Of a stretch of DNA of 64,000 nucleotides, positions 43,383 through 56,092 are shown one piece after another. Source of the DNA: Strigamia acuminata (taxonomy: Eukaryota); contig OX442314.1 of the NCBI GenBank assembly GCA_949358305.1, forward strand, positions 10,788,001 to 10,852,000, given 5' to 3'. The position numbers were made by a program, and so were the translations under genes. The first letter of the stretch is position 1. The number at the start of each line of letters is the position of its first letter. Under the pieces are notes generated by a model. The model was not told the DNA's origin. It made no database searches and saw nothing but the letters and a program-made list of their open reading frames with translations.

Positions 43383-46300
43383 TATAACACGAGACTTTGT
43401 TCAAAAAAGAGTTATGAGCGAACTCCTGACGATGGCTGAGTGCTGCGAGTTCTGTTGCAAAGTTCGATTGTTGCATTACACGAAGCCAATAAAGCTCTGC
43501 TGCTGATAATTCATCCACCGTCAACGGTGCGCCATTTCTAACTTTGTCTCTGGTGTTTTTGACGAATCTTTGCACCCATCCGGTCACTCGTACTAATCGT
43601 CTCCAGCTGCCGTATTTTGATGGCTCGTCCATCAATGGTGGCTCTGGAATCACGGCTGCTGCTGCCAAATAGTCCTCTGAATCGATCTCGTCGCTATTCT
43701 CGTCTATTTTACTGCTTGGCCATTCGTTCTCATCCTTCACAAGCCACTCGGGGCCACTCCACCACACACTCGCTTGAATCAACGCCTCCGCATCTATTCC
43801 ACGTGTTAGGAGATCCGCTGGATTCTGGATTCCTGGACAGTGTCGCCAACTCGAAAAAGGTACGTGTGTCTGGATTTCTTCCACTCTCCTGGCTACGAAT
43901 GGAATGGCTTTTCTTTTCTCGTTTAGCCAACACAAAACAATTGTTGAATCTGTCCAAGCTGTGACTTTCGCGGTCGTGAATTGCTTCAGTCTGTGTGCAA
44001 TTCTGGCTAGCAGCAAAGCTCCCATCAACTCGAGTCTGGGCAACGTAATCGTCTTAATTGGCGCGATCCTGCATTTGGAAAGAATAAAAAATACATTACA
44101 ACTTCCACTTGGGTGACGCACACGATTGTACGCCACCACTCCGTACGCTAAGGGGCTCGCGTCACAAAACAGATGGATTTCGTGATTGTTTAAGTCTGCA
44201 TCCAAGCCAAAATGCCGTGGCACGCGAACATGTTCCAACAATGGTAACTGCTTTTTCCATTTCTCCCACTGTTCGAGAAGTTCGAGGGAGAGACGACTGT
44301 CCCATCCAATCTGCAATTTCCACAACTGCTGGAAAAACAGCTTTACTGAAACTGTAAACGGCGACGCAAATCCTAACGGATCGAAGATCTGTGCAACCAA
44401 TTGAATAACCTGCCGTTTAGTGTTCGATTCACGTTCCAAAGTTGCTTTCACATCCTCGAGTTCTAGTGACAAGTCGTCTCTCTCACCATTCTACTTCAGG
44501 CCCAACACTTTTTGCTCACTTTCGAACGTTGCAGTTGGATGGTCAACAGCAAATTGCTCTCGTAGCACTGGGGAATTGCTGTACCACTTCACTAGTTCCA
44601 TATTGGCTTCGAGCATGATTGTTGACGTCTTCTTGTAGACATCAATGGCTTCTGTTGTTGTCTTTTCACTGTTCAAAAAGTCATCAACATAAAATCTCTT
44701 TAACAATTTCATAATTAATTCGGGAAAACGATCTGCATATTGTTCGAGATGGTGTTGTATCGTTCCGTTCAAGAGATAGGGACTTGGAGATGCTCCAAAT
44801 AGGACTCTGGTTTGTCGGAGAATCTCCAACACGATTGGTCCTTCAACGTCCCATCCATCCGCGATCCACAGAAACCTCACCGCATCTCGGTCAGCTAACG
44901 CCAGCAAAATTTGATGAAACGCTTGTTTAATGTCTCCAATCAATGCCACAATGAATTGTCTGAAAAATAAAAGGGCATTGATTAATTCTGGAAGGAGATT
45001 TGGTCCTGTAAACAGGCAGTCGTTGAGAGAGCGACTCTTCTGCGCGTGCGACGAGGCGTCGTAGACTATGCGCAATTTTGTGGTGCTTCTCCGCTCTCGA
45101 ATTACTGGTCGATGTGGGAGGTAGTAACACCCAGTCTGGTTGGCTACTTCTGGGGCCGTTTCGATTATTCCAGCGATTTTCTGGTCGTCCAGAACCTTCT
45201 TATAGCGGTGGTACAAGTCCAGATTTTGTTTAAACTTGCGAACAAGATTCCACAGTCTCTTAAGTGCAATTTGATAGTTGCTGTCTAACTCTGATTTGTC
45301 CAGCAACCAAGGCAGTCGCACCTCGTACCGCTCACCCGTCCAGTTGATGGACTCTTTAAATTTTGCTACTGCTTGATCATCTTCGTCCTGGGCGCTGGTG
45401 AGAGTTTCGTGGGGAATGCCTACTGCTTCCAACTCCCAAAAACGTTGAAGAAGGTGGTCGAGTCGGTCTTCATACTGCACAAGATTCACGTGGGTTGCTG
45501 ACTGTCTAACCGTCTCATCTTGGCTTCTGATCGCGCCGTGGATTGTCCAACCGAGAGATGTGTGAAGACACATCAATCCCTCATCTAAACGTTTCGATTC
45601 GCCTGTTACGATACGCCAAAAGTGGTCCGCTCCAATTAGAATTGCCACCTCGTCTTGTTGGGTCGACATCTGGTCGATATTTAAGGTGATCTTGTGTTTG
45701 CGCAACATCTCGCGCACGTTTGGACCCGACTGCCTCGCGACTGAGTGAGTTATTCGTGGCACCTTGATCAATTCTAAATCAACAAACTTATTAGTATCAG
45801 TAATATTTCTTAAAGTCACTTTCACGCGACGACGACAAACGCTCTCTGTTTTAGAGTCGCCAAAACTGGAAATCTGCATATTTTGCTTTCCCACTACTTG
45901 GGCATCGAGTTCATTCACTAGTTTCTGGCTAATAAACGATCTGTGGCTTCCGCCATCAAACATGCACTGCACAGCCTTGGTTTTACAATTCGATTCCACA
46001 TTTGTCATTAATACTTGCAAAAATAAGTCAGTGTTCTCTGCTGTAATTGCTGCTGCTGTCAACGTCGACACAAGAACGGTCTCTGGCTTGGTATTCGGCG
46101 CTTTGCACAACAGGATATGGTGAAACCGCTCACAGTTCACACACTTCTCTTTCTGGGGACAGCTGCGCGCCATATGTTTGCTGCCCAAACATCTAAAACA
46201 CGTTCGTTTTGACATGCACCGCTTCAATCGATCTGGAATGTTGAGCGGACAATCTTCCTTCTTGTGCGACGCATCGTCGCAGAATACGCAACTGGATGAT

Positions 46301-47399
46301 GAAACGTTGGTAGTCAATGCATTGGCTGAGGCTATTTTGTCGTTACGCGTCGGCTTCTTGTAGTCGACGAACGTCTTGGCGGCTGGTTTCTCTGTCTGGT
46401 CGCTCACGGCTACGTGTTCTTCTCGTAACTCCAGTTCGGCTCTGAAAAACTCCAAAAACAGTTTCATATCGTGAGTGTTTTCTTTATTTTTGCGTGCAAA
46501 ATCAAGTGCAATAACGTCAGGCACCGCATTTCGTATCAATGGACACAATACAATTCCAAACGTGGTTGTATCGATTTCTTCAGTCTCGAGACTTCGAATA
46601 TGCAATTCGCACGTGTCGTAGAGTCTACGCAACTCAACGAGGTCGCTAACTCGTTTTACTGGTTTAAGTTTCATCAAAGTCTGAATGTGAGCGTTCACGA
46701 TGACTTCTTTTCGCCCAAATCGATTTTGAAGTAAAGTCACTGCAGTTTCATAGTTCTCATCGCTGATTTTGAGACCATGAACAACTGTTGCTGCAGTACC
46801 TTCGAGAACTGAGTTCAAATATACGAATTTGGCTTTTGCTGTAAGTGAACCGTTGCCGTGGACACTCAACTCGAAATTGGACCAAAACTTTGACCACTCA
46901 ACAGGATTCCCGCTGAAATTCCGCATTACTAACTTTGGCAGCTTTATTGTCCCTTCGCCTGAGTTGCTCGTGGCGCTGCCGCCGATTGGAATCGCTGGGG
47001 GTATAACTGGTGCTGGTGGCCGTAAAAGTTCTTCCAATTTGACTTCAATATCGGTAAGAGAGTCGATTATCAACTCACGGAAATCTTCGTTGTCGCTTTC
47101 TTCTTTCTCCAAATCCGCACGCGTAACAATCATCGGCGATATCTTATCGTCGAGCGCTGTCAATTGTTCACTCTTTGCTAACAACTGGTTTTTTAATCGT
47201 TTCAACGCGAGGATTTCTGGTGCAACGTTGGCTAATTCGACGAGTACCGCATTACATAACCGCTTGGCTCCTTCTCTGGACGTGGCTTGTTGAGCGCGCA
47301 AACGATCAAGGGCGTCCATCTTGAAATTTTCGGTCAAAATTTGGCGTGGTCGGCTTTACGATGCTGTTTTCTACTTATTTCTGTCCGGATTCAACTAAC

Positions 47400-47417
47400 T
47401 CCCGGGTTTCGGCACCA
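47400..47417 (-). promoter_or_regulatory. BEL primer-binding site (tRNA-Phe)
   Basis: TGGTGCCGAAACCCGGGA, complementary to the eukaryotic tRNA-Phe 3' end, 2 nt after the 5' LTR. Confidence 0.88.
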
Positions 47418-47974
47418 TTTGAAGATTCGCAAAGTCGATTTAAATGAATTTTGAATGAAAACTAACTGTAATTACTGATTTTCTAGGTTTTGATGATGAG
47501 AGAATAAAAGGATGTCTTTTTTGGTTAAGAACAAGATTTATTGTAATTTCTGGGGGTCGCAAATACAAAATCAGGGGAACAAAGGGTGAAACAAGATAAT
47601 TTATGACACTTTTACAGCACTTCCGGTCACGCGTCATCCAATATCACTCAAAAACACCTCCTGCAGGTTGGCTTCTCTGCGCTGCGCTGTGCTTTTCCCC
47701 TGGAGTACGTGCAACCTTGCTGCTTCTAACAACGCCAGTTTTTACATTTTATACTTGTCTCTGTAATCTCTAGTTGAGGTATTTTAGTTTTAAAAGATTA
47801 ATTATCTCTGATTTTGAGTCATTTGTTGGTTCTTTATTCTTTAACTTTATGTGTGTTTGTTAAATTTTGCAAACATAAAATTTACTTCTCAGTATATTGG
47901 ATGGGCACTACTGAGTTTAGTGAAGAAGGAACAGTGTTGTCATTAATTATAAATTCAAAATTCAAAACTTTTTT

Positions 47975-48230
47975 GTGATTGATCGAATACTTTATTCTCA
48001 GGTTTGTTGTGATCGAATAATTTTTTCCTCAAAGGTGTCAACAAAAATATATGTAACTATTTTAAATTTTGTTCAATTCTTTTCATTTTGCCACTAAATT
48101 ATAGCATTTGGCTGGGAATTTTCAGTGAATAAAATGTTTTGTTTATAAATTACTTAGACTGCAAAACAAATGATTTTGAGTTTAAATCAGCTCATGTGGT
48201 GGCTAATCGAATACTTTTTGCAAGGGGTTG
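47975..48230. mobile_element. Single end of a Tc1-like IR/DR element
   Basis: CGAATACTTTTTGCAAGGGGTTG|TA terminus; ATCGAATA(C/A)TTTT direct repeats near 47982, 48012 and 48206; flank matches the empty site near 27606. Confidence 0.5.
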
Positions 48231-48504
48231 TATATTCTTCATTTTTATAGTTAAATGAAAAAAAAATCTGATTCATGGGTTTGCTAACTTGTAAGTGATT
48301 AATTTAAAACAAAATAAAACACATTTAAAATTTAAAATTAACAAAATAAGAAAATATTATTTTTTTTTATTATTAAATTTGAGTATGGAATATATAAAAA
48401 ATATATTAACCGATTCTTTTTTTATATTTCCGCCGATATCGGTGGAAATAGCTTAAATTTTCCGTTACATTGGCCACAATAATAATCCAGTGTGGTAGCG
48501 AATT

Positions 48505-50247
48505 TGTGATGATTACAAATCAGTATTTATCAATGTTCACAATAGATGGCGCTGTTTAACAAACGCGCGCAATTCAAACTCGACGAAACTAAAAAACGTA
48601 ATAAATTATTACTTGGACACGGTGAATAAAATATAACTATTTTATTCAATATAAATTAAGTATTATTTACTTGACAATGTTGATTCTATCGAATCAATAT
48701 CCACATTACTTACCTGTCGAAGGGAACCAATCGGACCCTTCCGGACCCCAACTGGGCCCATCTGGACATAGTCATATATTAGGTCCGGACTAGTGACCCA
48801 CGAATCCGCCGATTCGTACGCTGATTGGCTGTCGCCAATCTAGTAGTTCTACAGAACTATATAAGCTCCAGTTTCTCACTTCCCCCTGGCTGGATAACTG
48901 AACTTGTATATTGTCTGTAGTTGAATTGTTATCGTTTGATTTCATTATTCTCTATTGACACATCAGGCCACCTCAGCTCTCCACAGTTAGTATTCATTAC
49001 TATTTTGTTATTGCTGTTGTAGGGCTATTTCGGGAAGGCTAACTCCGGTAATAGACATGCATTCGCATGAAATGGCCCCGTAACGTTAGCCAGCTGTTCT
49101 ACGGGACAGTAGGACTTCGTACGGTGGCTTAATATAACGGTCGTATACAGTACGACCTTGCTAAATGAAAGTAGGTCCCTCAGCTAACTGGCCACAGTCC
49201 GCTGCAAGATGGTTGTTGTAAACAGCCCACGCAGGTTCCCGTCTTTCTACGATTGGTCCTTCCGCTCGTTAAAAGTCGGTAAAAGCCTAATATGCAGGTA
49301 ACACGCCGGGTTGGTAGCCCGTGAGTAATATCCGTGAAGATGTTGCGTTAAATAACTACCTGGATAATGGTAATCCAACGGCAGTGGCCGATTAATATTT
49401 ACCCGGTGCTCGATCAGTGGATCCCGCCATCGTAAGGCATGCTGGCGGATGGAGGAGTCAAATCCTCCCGCGATGTTTCTCTCGACCGTCGTGACGGTCC
49501 CCGCCCCATCGTACCCTCCGGGTTAGTAACCCGTGAACAGGAGTTGAACAACACTGTGTTAAATAAATTACTCGGGCATTGGTAATCCTGTATTGGCAAT
49601 ATCTTTTAAACCCGGTAAGTCCATAGAAATGTTTACCTGGTGGTTAGTACCACCGATAGCGAATTAAAGCGTACAATTAAATACTCGGCGCCTGATCACG
49701 AGATCTTGTCGTCGTAAGGCATGCTGGCGGATGGAGTCTCAACAACTCCCGCGACGTTCTCTCAATTGTCGTGACGGTCCCCGCCCAATTATTATTTATA
49801 TAACAATTCATTTGTTATATTACTTTAATCACTTTACTTTTATTCATTTGGAACATGGAATATTCTGCCGAATATTCCGATTAATGCGAAGGACTCTTCG
49901 CATGTTTAGATACTCGAGCTGCGGACCAAATGCGTCTCCGTAGCGCTATTTGTGACGATGCCGCAAGTCAGCCGTATCCCTTTGGCTTCGCCCGGATCCT
50001 CAACCAGTTGATGCCGCCCGTTTACACGCGTCAAGAACCCATCTTTGTTAAACCATCAATATTTAGTAATAAATATGTTATGTCATACTAAAACTGTAAG
50101 TTATTTCTACTCTGTCACGTATTCATATTAGTCAAGGCTTCCGTAGCTTATCTCGGTTAGGTTGTTGCTAAACTTAGCAACGTCTTGTATAAACCGAATT
50201 ATCTATCTCACGGACTAATAAATTAGCCCAAAAGTAGAATCGTCACA
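48505..50247 (+). repeat. 5' LTR of Gypsy copy 2
   Basis: TG...CA termini; differs from the 3' LTRs at two positions seen (~48956, ~49207). Confidence 0.97.
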
Positions 50248-50249
50248 AG

Positions 50250-50267
50250 TGGAGGTTCTACCGAGAT
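50250..50267 (+). promoter_or_regulatory. Gypsy primer-binding site (tRNA-Gln)
   Basis: TGGAGGTTCTACCGAGAT versus TGGAGGTTCCACCGAGAT, the complement of the tRNA-Gln 3' end (one G-U). Confidence 0.85.
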
Positions 50268-51371
50268 AGGCTGCCAAATTTTAAATAAAATTTGAAGTTT
50301 TGTATGTCTATGGTGAATTCGAGTAGTGTAACGTTTATGGTGATTTTTGTGTGTAAAAATAAATTTCGTTTGAAATTTATATGTGTTTAATATATTTTTA
50401 TTTTAGAACAGCTTACCAAGATAATAAGTGTAACTCACTTTGTTCTTTATTCTCCGTCGTGGAAATTATACGTTTTAACAAAATAATAATTTCTACCGCG
50501 TGGTCAGGCCTAAAGGCCTAACCCCGAGAATGGGAGTCTTGCCCGAACTTGTTGAAGTTGGATCCGCCCGGGTAACGTCATTTTGTCATCGACGATCTGA
50601 CAAAACCACGCGGTCGGGCCTAACTTTGAAAAGTTGACTTTTGATGGAATTCTTAAAGAATTCTATCAATTTAACAGTTGTTTTATTTTTTAGAAATGTT
50701 TTTCACATGTATTTTGCTTGAGACTTCAAGTTAAACCTAAATTTATTTGCCTAAATAAATTAGAAAGAAAATTGACATTTTTCGAAGGAATTAAAATTTA
50801 TATTTTATTTCAAATGGTTTACCTTATTTTACAAGCTTGATCTACATTAAAATGTTGGTTAAAAATCGTGATTTCAAGATCTTGGAATCGAATTTTACGA
50901 ATGGAATACCATTCAAATTTTAGCGAAGAAGAATTCCCGCTGTTGTGTTGCCTAGCAACCCGTGTTGTGCAGGAAAGCCGTCGATTCAAACGAATCGGCG
51001 CGTCTTTTGAAATTACGAGTTTTAAAACTTTAAAAAATTCCATAAAGGTGATCATTCATTTATTAATAAATGCGGTGATATTTTTAAAAAATATTTTGAA
51101 AAGTATCCATTTTGTTTGGTGACTACGTCATAACACTGGAATCTGTCAAGATTACGGTTCCACGAACTTGATGATTTCCACCAATCTCGGACGAGATTGG
51201 ACTCTCGCGAGAACTAGCGTTGATACTTGACCAATCAGAGAGGTGTATCGAAGTATCCATACTTCCTTTCGAACTAGTGTGACCACTGCTTCGTTTGCGA
51301 TCCTCCTGAACGTTTGCAACTTCATCGTTATCTCTCAGACTTAGGAAATTTTCTTAGTTTTAAGTTTAGTT

Positions 51372-53618
51372 ATGACCAATAACCAGCATCACATGAACAC
51401 CCGTGGTAAGGAAAGAACTTGTTTGACCGGTGGAATGAATCTATCCGGGTTTATACCTGTTCCTAATGGAACTGAAGAAGTGGAAAACCACGCGGTCCAT
51501 AATGGCGTTTCAAATGAAACAGCCGGACCATCTGGAGAGAATAGGGCTCCACGTGAACCTACTCCGCCTGGAGAAGAGGAATGCATTCCTGAAGGTTCTC
51601 ATTTAGGCCGAGGCGGTCTATTATTTTGTCAGGATCACGGTTTGAACCCAAACCAATTTAGATCTTTGACCGAAGTGTTAGATTTTGTACACGCGCCTCG
51701 TGCTACGTCGGAGCAATCCCATTCCCCAGCCAGCCAAAGATTAAATCATTTTAGTCCCACTCCTTCGACGCCTATTTCTAGATATAGAAATAAAAATGCA
51801 CAACCTCCTCGTCAAGATCAGTCGAATTTGACACCAGGAGATTTTAATCGTGCTTTCCAACAACGACTACGAGCGAATAACTTCGCTCGCAACCAACAAA
51901 GAGGATTTACAAATCCAGAGAACTTTGAGAATACGTTCAACAGAGCGAATTTGGGTCCGCCTAATATGGCCAACCCTAATCCAAGTTTTCCAAACGGATC
52001 AAATAGTTGTCCGAATCTCGCTGGAAATTTGAACCCAAATTTAGGCGCGACAAGAGGTCCAAACCGCCGTTTTGACCCAAATTCTAGATTTGCAAACAAT
52101 TCTAGTCCAGCACCTAACATGCAAAGGGGTCATCCAGTTCCTCCGAACTCGAATAACCCAAATAATCCGAACGATTTAAATAATCCTCCTACTGGAACTC
52201 CAGGAAATTCAAATAACTATTTGAATCGGGGTACGCCAGGTAATTCGAACTATCGTCCGAATTTTGGTAATCAAGAAAGTTCGCACAACCGTCCGAATTT
52301 TAACAATCAAGGTAATTCTAATAATCATTCGAATTATGGGAACCAAGGTAATTCGAATAACCATTCGAATTTTGGTAACCACAGTAGACCAAATCAAGGA
52401 GGGTCGAATAATTTCAACCCCAACAATGGTGGCTCAAGTCAAAATAACTCGAGTCAATCAAACACTGGTGGATCGTCGAATGACCATTCGCGTCCCCCAA
52501 GCAGCTTTGGAATGACGGCTGATGACCTCGCGTCAATTGCCACAACCATGCACAAATTAATGCAGGCTGGAAAAGGTTCCGCCATTGTACCTCAAACTAA
52601 CAGTTTGAAGCCCCCAGATATTCCTGTATTCTCCGGAAAAGCAGAAAAAAGCGAACGCTTTCTCAACATTGTAAAAAATGTCGCTTTCCTGCGAAACATG
52701 TCACTCGATGACATGCTTGTTAAAGGCGTAGCCGGTTATCTAACCGAGCAAGCGCATGGTTGGTTTCATGAAAGGAGAGAAGATTTCATATCTTGGGAAG
52801 TATTTGAACAGGCGTTCAAAGAACGGTTTGTAGCCACTCGACAAGAGCGGACGAACCAACTAACTAAGTTGAAACAACTGGAAACAGAAAGTCTTTACGA
52901 CTTTATGCACAAATATTATCAGTTATGGATATTACAAGACAGTCTTGATGCAAAAGGGGCTGGTTGTCTTTTTATCGGGAGTGTAACTCCTGCTAATGAT
53001 TTGCTTTTGCATACGCAAGGCATAGCGGATTTGCCTCTGACAGAGATTTATGCCGTTATAACGAAAAATAAAGGCTTGTACAGTCGTACAGCTAATGGAG
53101 CGAGGGAAAATATTTCCAATCCAGTTGTTTTCCCACCTCGGAAAACTGACACTCGTCCTCAGCCGAAGACAAATGCTAAATCTTTAACTTTGGATTCACA
53201 AGAACAACTTAATATTTGTGAAGACGAGTTACCTGAGGAATGCGAGGCCGTTTATTTAATAAATGGAGTAGTGGATCAGACCAGACGTGGTCAATTAGTT
53301 TGTTACCACTGTAAGAAACCAGGACACATGCGTCGAGAATGTCCAGACTTAAAACCAAGTGCAACTTTCAACTCTGAAGAGTTGCAAAAACGAAGTACGC
53401 CGGACTCCCCGACTGTGGATCCTACTTCTAAACGTCCTAATAACAGATGGATAACTCAAGAAGTGTTGGATGCAACACTAGATGCTAAACTTGATGCGAA
53501 ACTTAATACTTTTGAAAATAAGTTACAAACTTCGCTGACTAACTCGTTGGCAGAAATGGTCAAAACTTTGATCAAGCCCGAATCGACAGATTCAAGTGCT
53601 ACTAGTTCAAAAAACTAG
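51372..53618 (+). CDS. gag: Gag, copy 2
   Basis: Identical to 770-3016. Confidence 0.93.
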   Translation: MTNNQHHMNTRGKERTCLTGGMNLSGFIPVPNGTEEVENHAVHNGVSNETAGPSGENRAPREPTPPGEEECIPEGSHLGRGGLLFCQDHGLNPNQFRSLTEVLDFVHAPRATSEQSHSPASQRLNHFSPTPSTPISRYRNKNAQPPRQDQSNLTPGDFNRAFQQRLRANNFARNQQRGFTNPENFENTFNRANLGPPNMANPNPSFPNGSNSCPNLAGNLNPNLGATRGPNRRFDPNSRFANNSSPAPNMQRGHPVPPNSNNPNNPNDLNNPPTGTPGNSNNYLNRGTPGNSNYRPNFGNQESSHNRPNFNNQGNSNNHSNYGNQGNSNNHSNFGNHSRPNQGGSNNFNPNNGGSSQNNSSQSNTGGSSNDHSRPPSSFGMTADDLASIATTMHKLMQAGKGSAIVPQTNSLKPPDIPVFSGKAEKSERFLNIVKNVAFLRNMSLDDMLVKGVAGYLTEQAHGWFHERREDFISWEVFEQAFKERFVATRQERTNQLTKLKQLETESLYDFMHKYYQLWILQDSLDAKGAGCLFIGSVTPANDLLLHTQGIADLPLTEIYAVITKNKGLYSRTANGARENISNPVVFPPRKTDTRPQPKTNAKSLTLDSQEQLNICEDELPEECEAVYLINGVVDQTRRGQLVCYHCKKPGHMRRECPDLKPSATFNSEELQKRSTPDSPTVDPTSKRPNNRWITQEVLDATLDAKLDAKLNTFENKLQTSLTNSLAEMVKTLIKPESTDSSATSSKN

Positions 53619-53683
53619 ATCCGGGGGACGAAGGTTTATTCCATCCCCCAGAAGTAGCTAATGCTACATCGGAGATTTTATTT

Positions 53684-56092
53684 ATGGATGTAGACACAAC
53701 TTGTCTTGAAGTAGCCACTAGTCATAGTGGCGGAGTAGAGGAAAATCTGCAAGAAATGACAGAACAATTAAAAAATCTGACATTGTTTCCACACAAGTGC
53801 TACACGAAGAAATTCTGTAGACTCCGCCGACTCAACAGAGTCATAGGTGGTAATAATTTGCACAATATTACTTTAGGTAATAATAAAGATGATCCTCGAA
53901 TGAAGATCACAATTGGTGGGCTCACCTACAACGCGCTCATGGATACAGGAGCATCTCAATGTTACATTGGGGAACAACTCTTGTCTGAAACTCAGGCTTT
54001 GCCAGAATTTCTGCAAGAAGCCCCCAGAAACATGTTGGTTAACGCTGTAGGCGTAGCACACAAGCCTGTCGGACAAATAACTTTGTGCGTGCAATGGGCT
54101 GATGAATTTACACCAATGAATTTCATCGTTTTAGCAAAACGAGTTTGTGGCTTGATACTTGGTCACAATTTCATGCGCAGACAGAAAATTAGTCCGCATC
54201 CACATCTACAAGAGTTCTCTTGTGCAGATAAACCTAATTGGTCCGCCCCTTATGAATCGGAAGAAGCCAATTTGGCCCTCGCCCCGTTGAATCGAATTAC
54301 TTTCGATTATTTAGGACTATCGTCCACTCTCAACTCAATTGAGTTAACAGACACTCCTGTGTTGACTTGGGATGAAAAATTAGTTGAGGAGAGCGACTGC
54401 ACTCCAGAACAAAGACTAGCACTTCGCGAAGTGGTTAACTCGATACCGAATGTATTTCGAGATCAAGTTGGGTGCACTAACGTGACCCAGCATCGTATTA
54501 AGTTCAAGGAAGGGCATTCATTGCCCAAAATGCAGTATAGAACGTATAACCCGGCCAAGAGAGCCATTATGACCAAACTAGCTGCAGAACTTGAACAGGA
54601 TGGACTGATTGAAAAGGCCAAAGGGCCATTTATAAGTCATCCAGTCATCGTTGCGAAGCCTGACGGCTCGTATAGGATGTGCATTGACTACCGGTGGCTA
54701 AATGCCATCACTGAAGTCGAAGTAATACAAATGCCAAGTATTGACCTTTTGTTGCATAATACTGGTCCGGCAAAGTATTTTACGTCTATTGACCTTGTTA
54801 AAGGTTACTACCAAGTCGAGATGTGTAAAGAAGATCGTCCAAAGACGGCATTTTACACGCCAAATGGTCCATATCAGTTTGTGCGAATGCCGTTTGGCCT
54901 TTGTAATGCGCCTTGTACTTTCCAGCGTCTGATGGAAGGCATTTTAGGCTCAGCTTTACAAGATTACGCGTTAGTCTATTTGGATGACGTAATTGTATAT
55001 TCAGATAATTGGGATGATCATCTCAAACACGTTCGAGATGTTCTAGAAAGGCTTAACCAAGCCAACATGACAATAAATAAAGCGAAATCTCGTTTTGGGC
55101 GTACAGAATTAAAATTCTTGGGCCACTGGATTAAACCCGAAGGTCTCTTCGGTGATCCCGATAAAATATCGGCGATTATGAAATTTCCCACCCCCACGTG
55201 TGCTAAAGACATTCAGCGCTTTCACGGCATGACTAACTTCTTCAGGAAGTTTGTTCCAAATCACGGAACTATTGCCGCACCATACACACGTATGATGAAT
55301 GAGAAAACTCCATTTGAATGGGGAGATGAGCAGACAGAAGCTTTTAATAAAATTAAAGAGCTACTTTGTGGTGACAATTGTCTGCACAAACCAGATATGA
55401 CCTTGCCATTTGTTGTTATGACTGACGCTTCACATGAAGGCTTAGGAGCTGTCCTTTGCCAAGACGTCGATATATTCGATGAAAAGAAGCAGAAAAACAT
55501 TTCTGTACCCAGACCTGTAGCTTATGCAAGCAGAGTTTTACGTGGAGCGGAGAAGCGTTATACAACGCCGGAACTCGAATGTCTCGCAGTTGTGTGGGCT
55601 ATTGATCGATTTAAACCATATCTCGAATATGGTACATTCACTTTAGAGTCAGATGCAGAAGCATTGAAATGGTTGATGCGAACGCCTGAACCATCTGGGA
55701 AATTTGGCCGATGGGCCTTAAGAATCCAATGTGGAAATTTTAAAATTGTTTTTCGAAAAGGTGCTGCTAATCAAGTTGCAGATGCACTTTCTAGAGCCCC
55801 ACTAACAGAGGAAGACATTCCTCTTCGAGATCATGTGGAACCTGTCGAAATTAAACAATATTGGCCTGAATGGGACGGAAATCCTTCTGTTTCATTAAAT
55901 CGTGCCCCGGAGAAACGAGAATATTTGGCTAGTGTGCGTTCCTATTTTTCAGAAAATTCTAAAGAATGTTCTGAAGAAAAGGAGGGGGAGGAAGTACAAG
56001 AAACCTTGTACAGTGCGTTGACTGAAGTACTTAAAGAAGTCCCTCCTACAAGGAGAGAAATAATAGATGCTCAGTTACTAGACACTGAATGA
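53684..56092 (+). CDS. pol: Pol PR-RT-RH, copy 2
   Basis: Identical to 3082-5490. Confidence 0.96.
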   Translation: MDVDTTCLEVATSHSGGVEENLQEMTEQLKNLTLFPHKCYTKKFCRLRRLNRVIGGNNLHNITLGNNKDDPRMKITIGGLTYNALMDTGASQCYIGEQLLSETQALPEFLQEAPRNMLVNAVGVAHKPVGQITLCVQWADEFTPMNFIVLAKRVCGLILGHNFMRRQKISPHPHLQEFSCADKPNWSAPYESEEANLALAPLNRITFDYLGLSSTLNSIELTDTPVLTWDEKLVEESDCTPEQRLALREVVNSIPNVFRDQVGCTNVTQHRIKFKEGHSLPKMQYRTYNPAKRAIMTKLAAELEQDGLIEKAKGPFISHPVIVAKPDGSYRMCIDYRWLNAITEVEVIQMPSIDLLLHNTGPAKYFTSIDLVKGYYQVEMCKEDRPKTAFYTPNGPYQFVRMPFGLCNAPCTFQRLMEGILGSALQDYALVYLDDVIVYSDNWDDHLKHVRDVLERLNQANMTINKAKSRFGRTELKFLGHWIKPEGLFGDPDKISAIMKFPTPTCAKDIQRFHGMTNFFRKFVPNHGTIAAPYTRMMNEKTPFEWGDEQTEAFNKIKELLCGDNCLHKPDMTLPFVVMTDASHEGLGAVLCQDVDIFDEKKQKNISVPRPVAYASRVLRGAEKRYTTPELECLAVVWAIDRFKPYLEYGTFTLESDAEALKWLMRTPEPSGKFGRWALRIQCGNFKIVFRKGAANQVADALSRAPLTEEDIPLRDHVEPVEIKQYWPEWDGNPSVSLNRAPEKREYLASVRSYFSENSKECSEEKEGEEVQETLYSALTEVLKEVPPTRREIIDAQLLDTE

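Larger units (their letters stand above)
40894..47319 (-). pseudogene. BEL/Pao gag-pol broken by TAG at 44491 and by the MITE at 42158-43382
   Basis: KLPKL..FSG..W..FW; three Cys/His knuckles; FDGGS; FYVDD; FCDAS/LPRLEL/NPAD; VDFAGP/SDNA/PWWGGFWER; removing the MITE and one TA restores CYIDENGLMRLNTRL. Confidence 0.92.
40572..47746 (-). mobile_element. BEL/Pao LTR retrotransposon, full length, inactivated
   Basis: 327-bp LTRs at 47420-47746 and 40572-40898 (TG...CA, one difference seen); single gag-pol frame; TTTTA-like TSD. Confidence 0.96.

Noticed and set aside
47400..47417. tRNA genes at the tRNA-like 18-mers (here and 50250-50267)
   Set aside because: Only tRNA 3'-end complements next to LTRs, i.e. 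primer-binding sites
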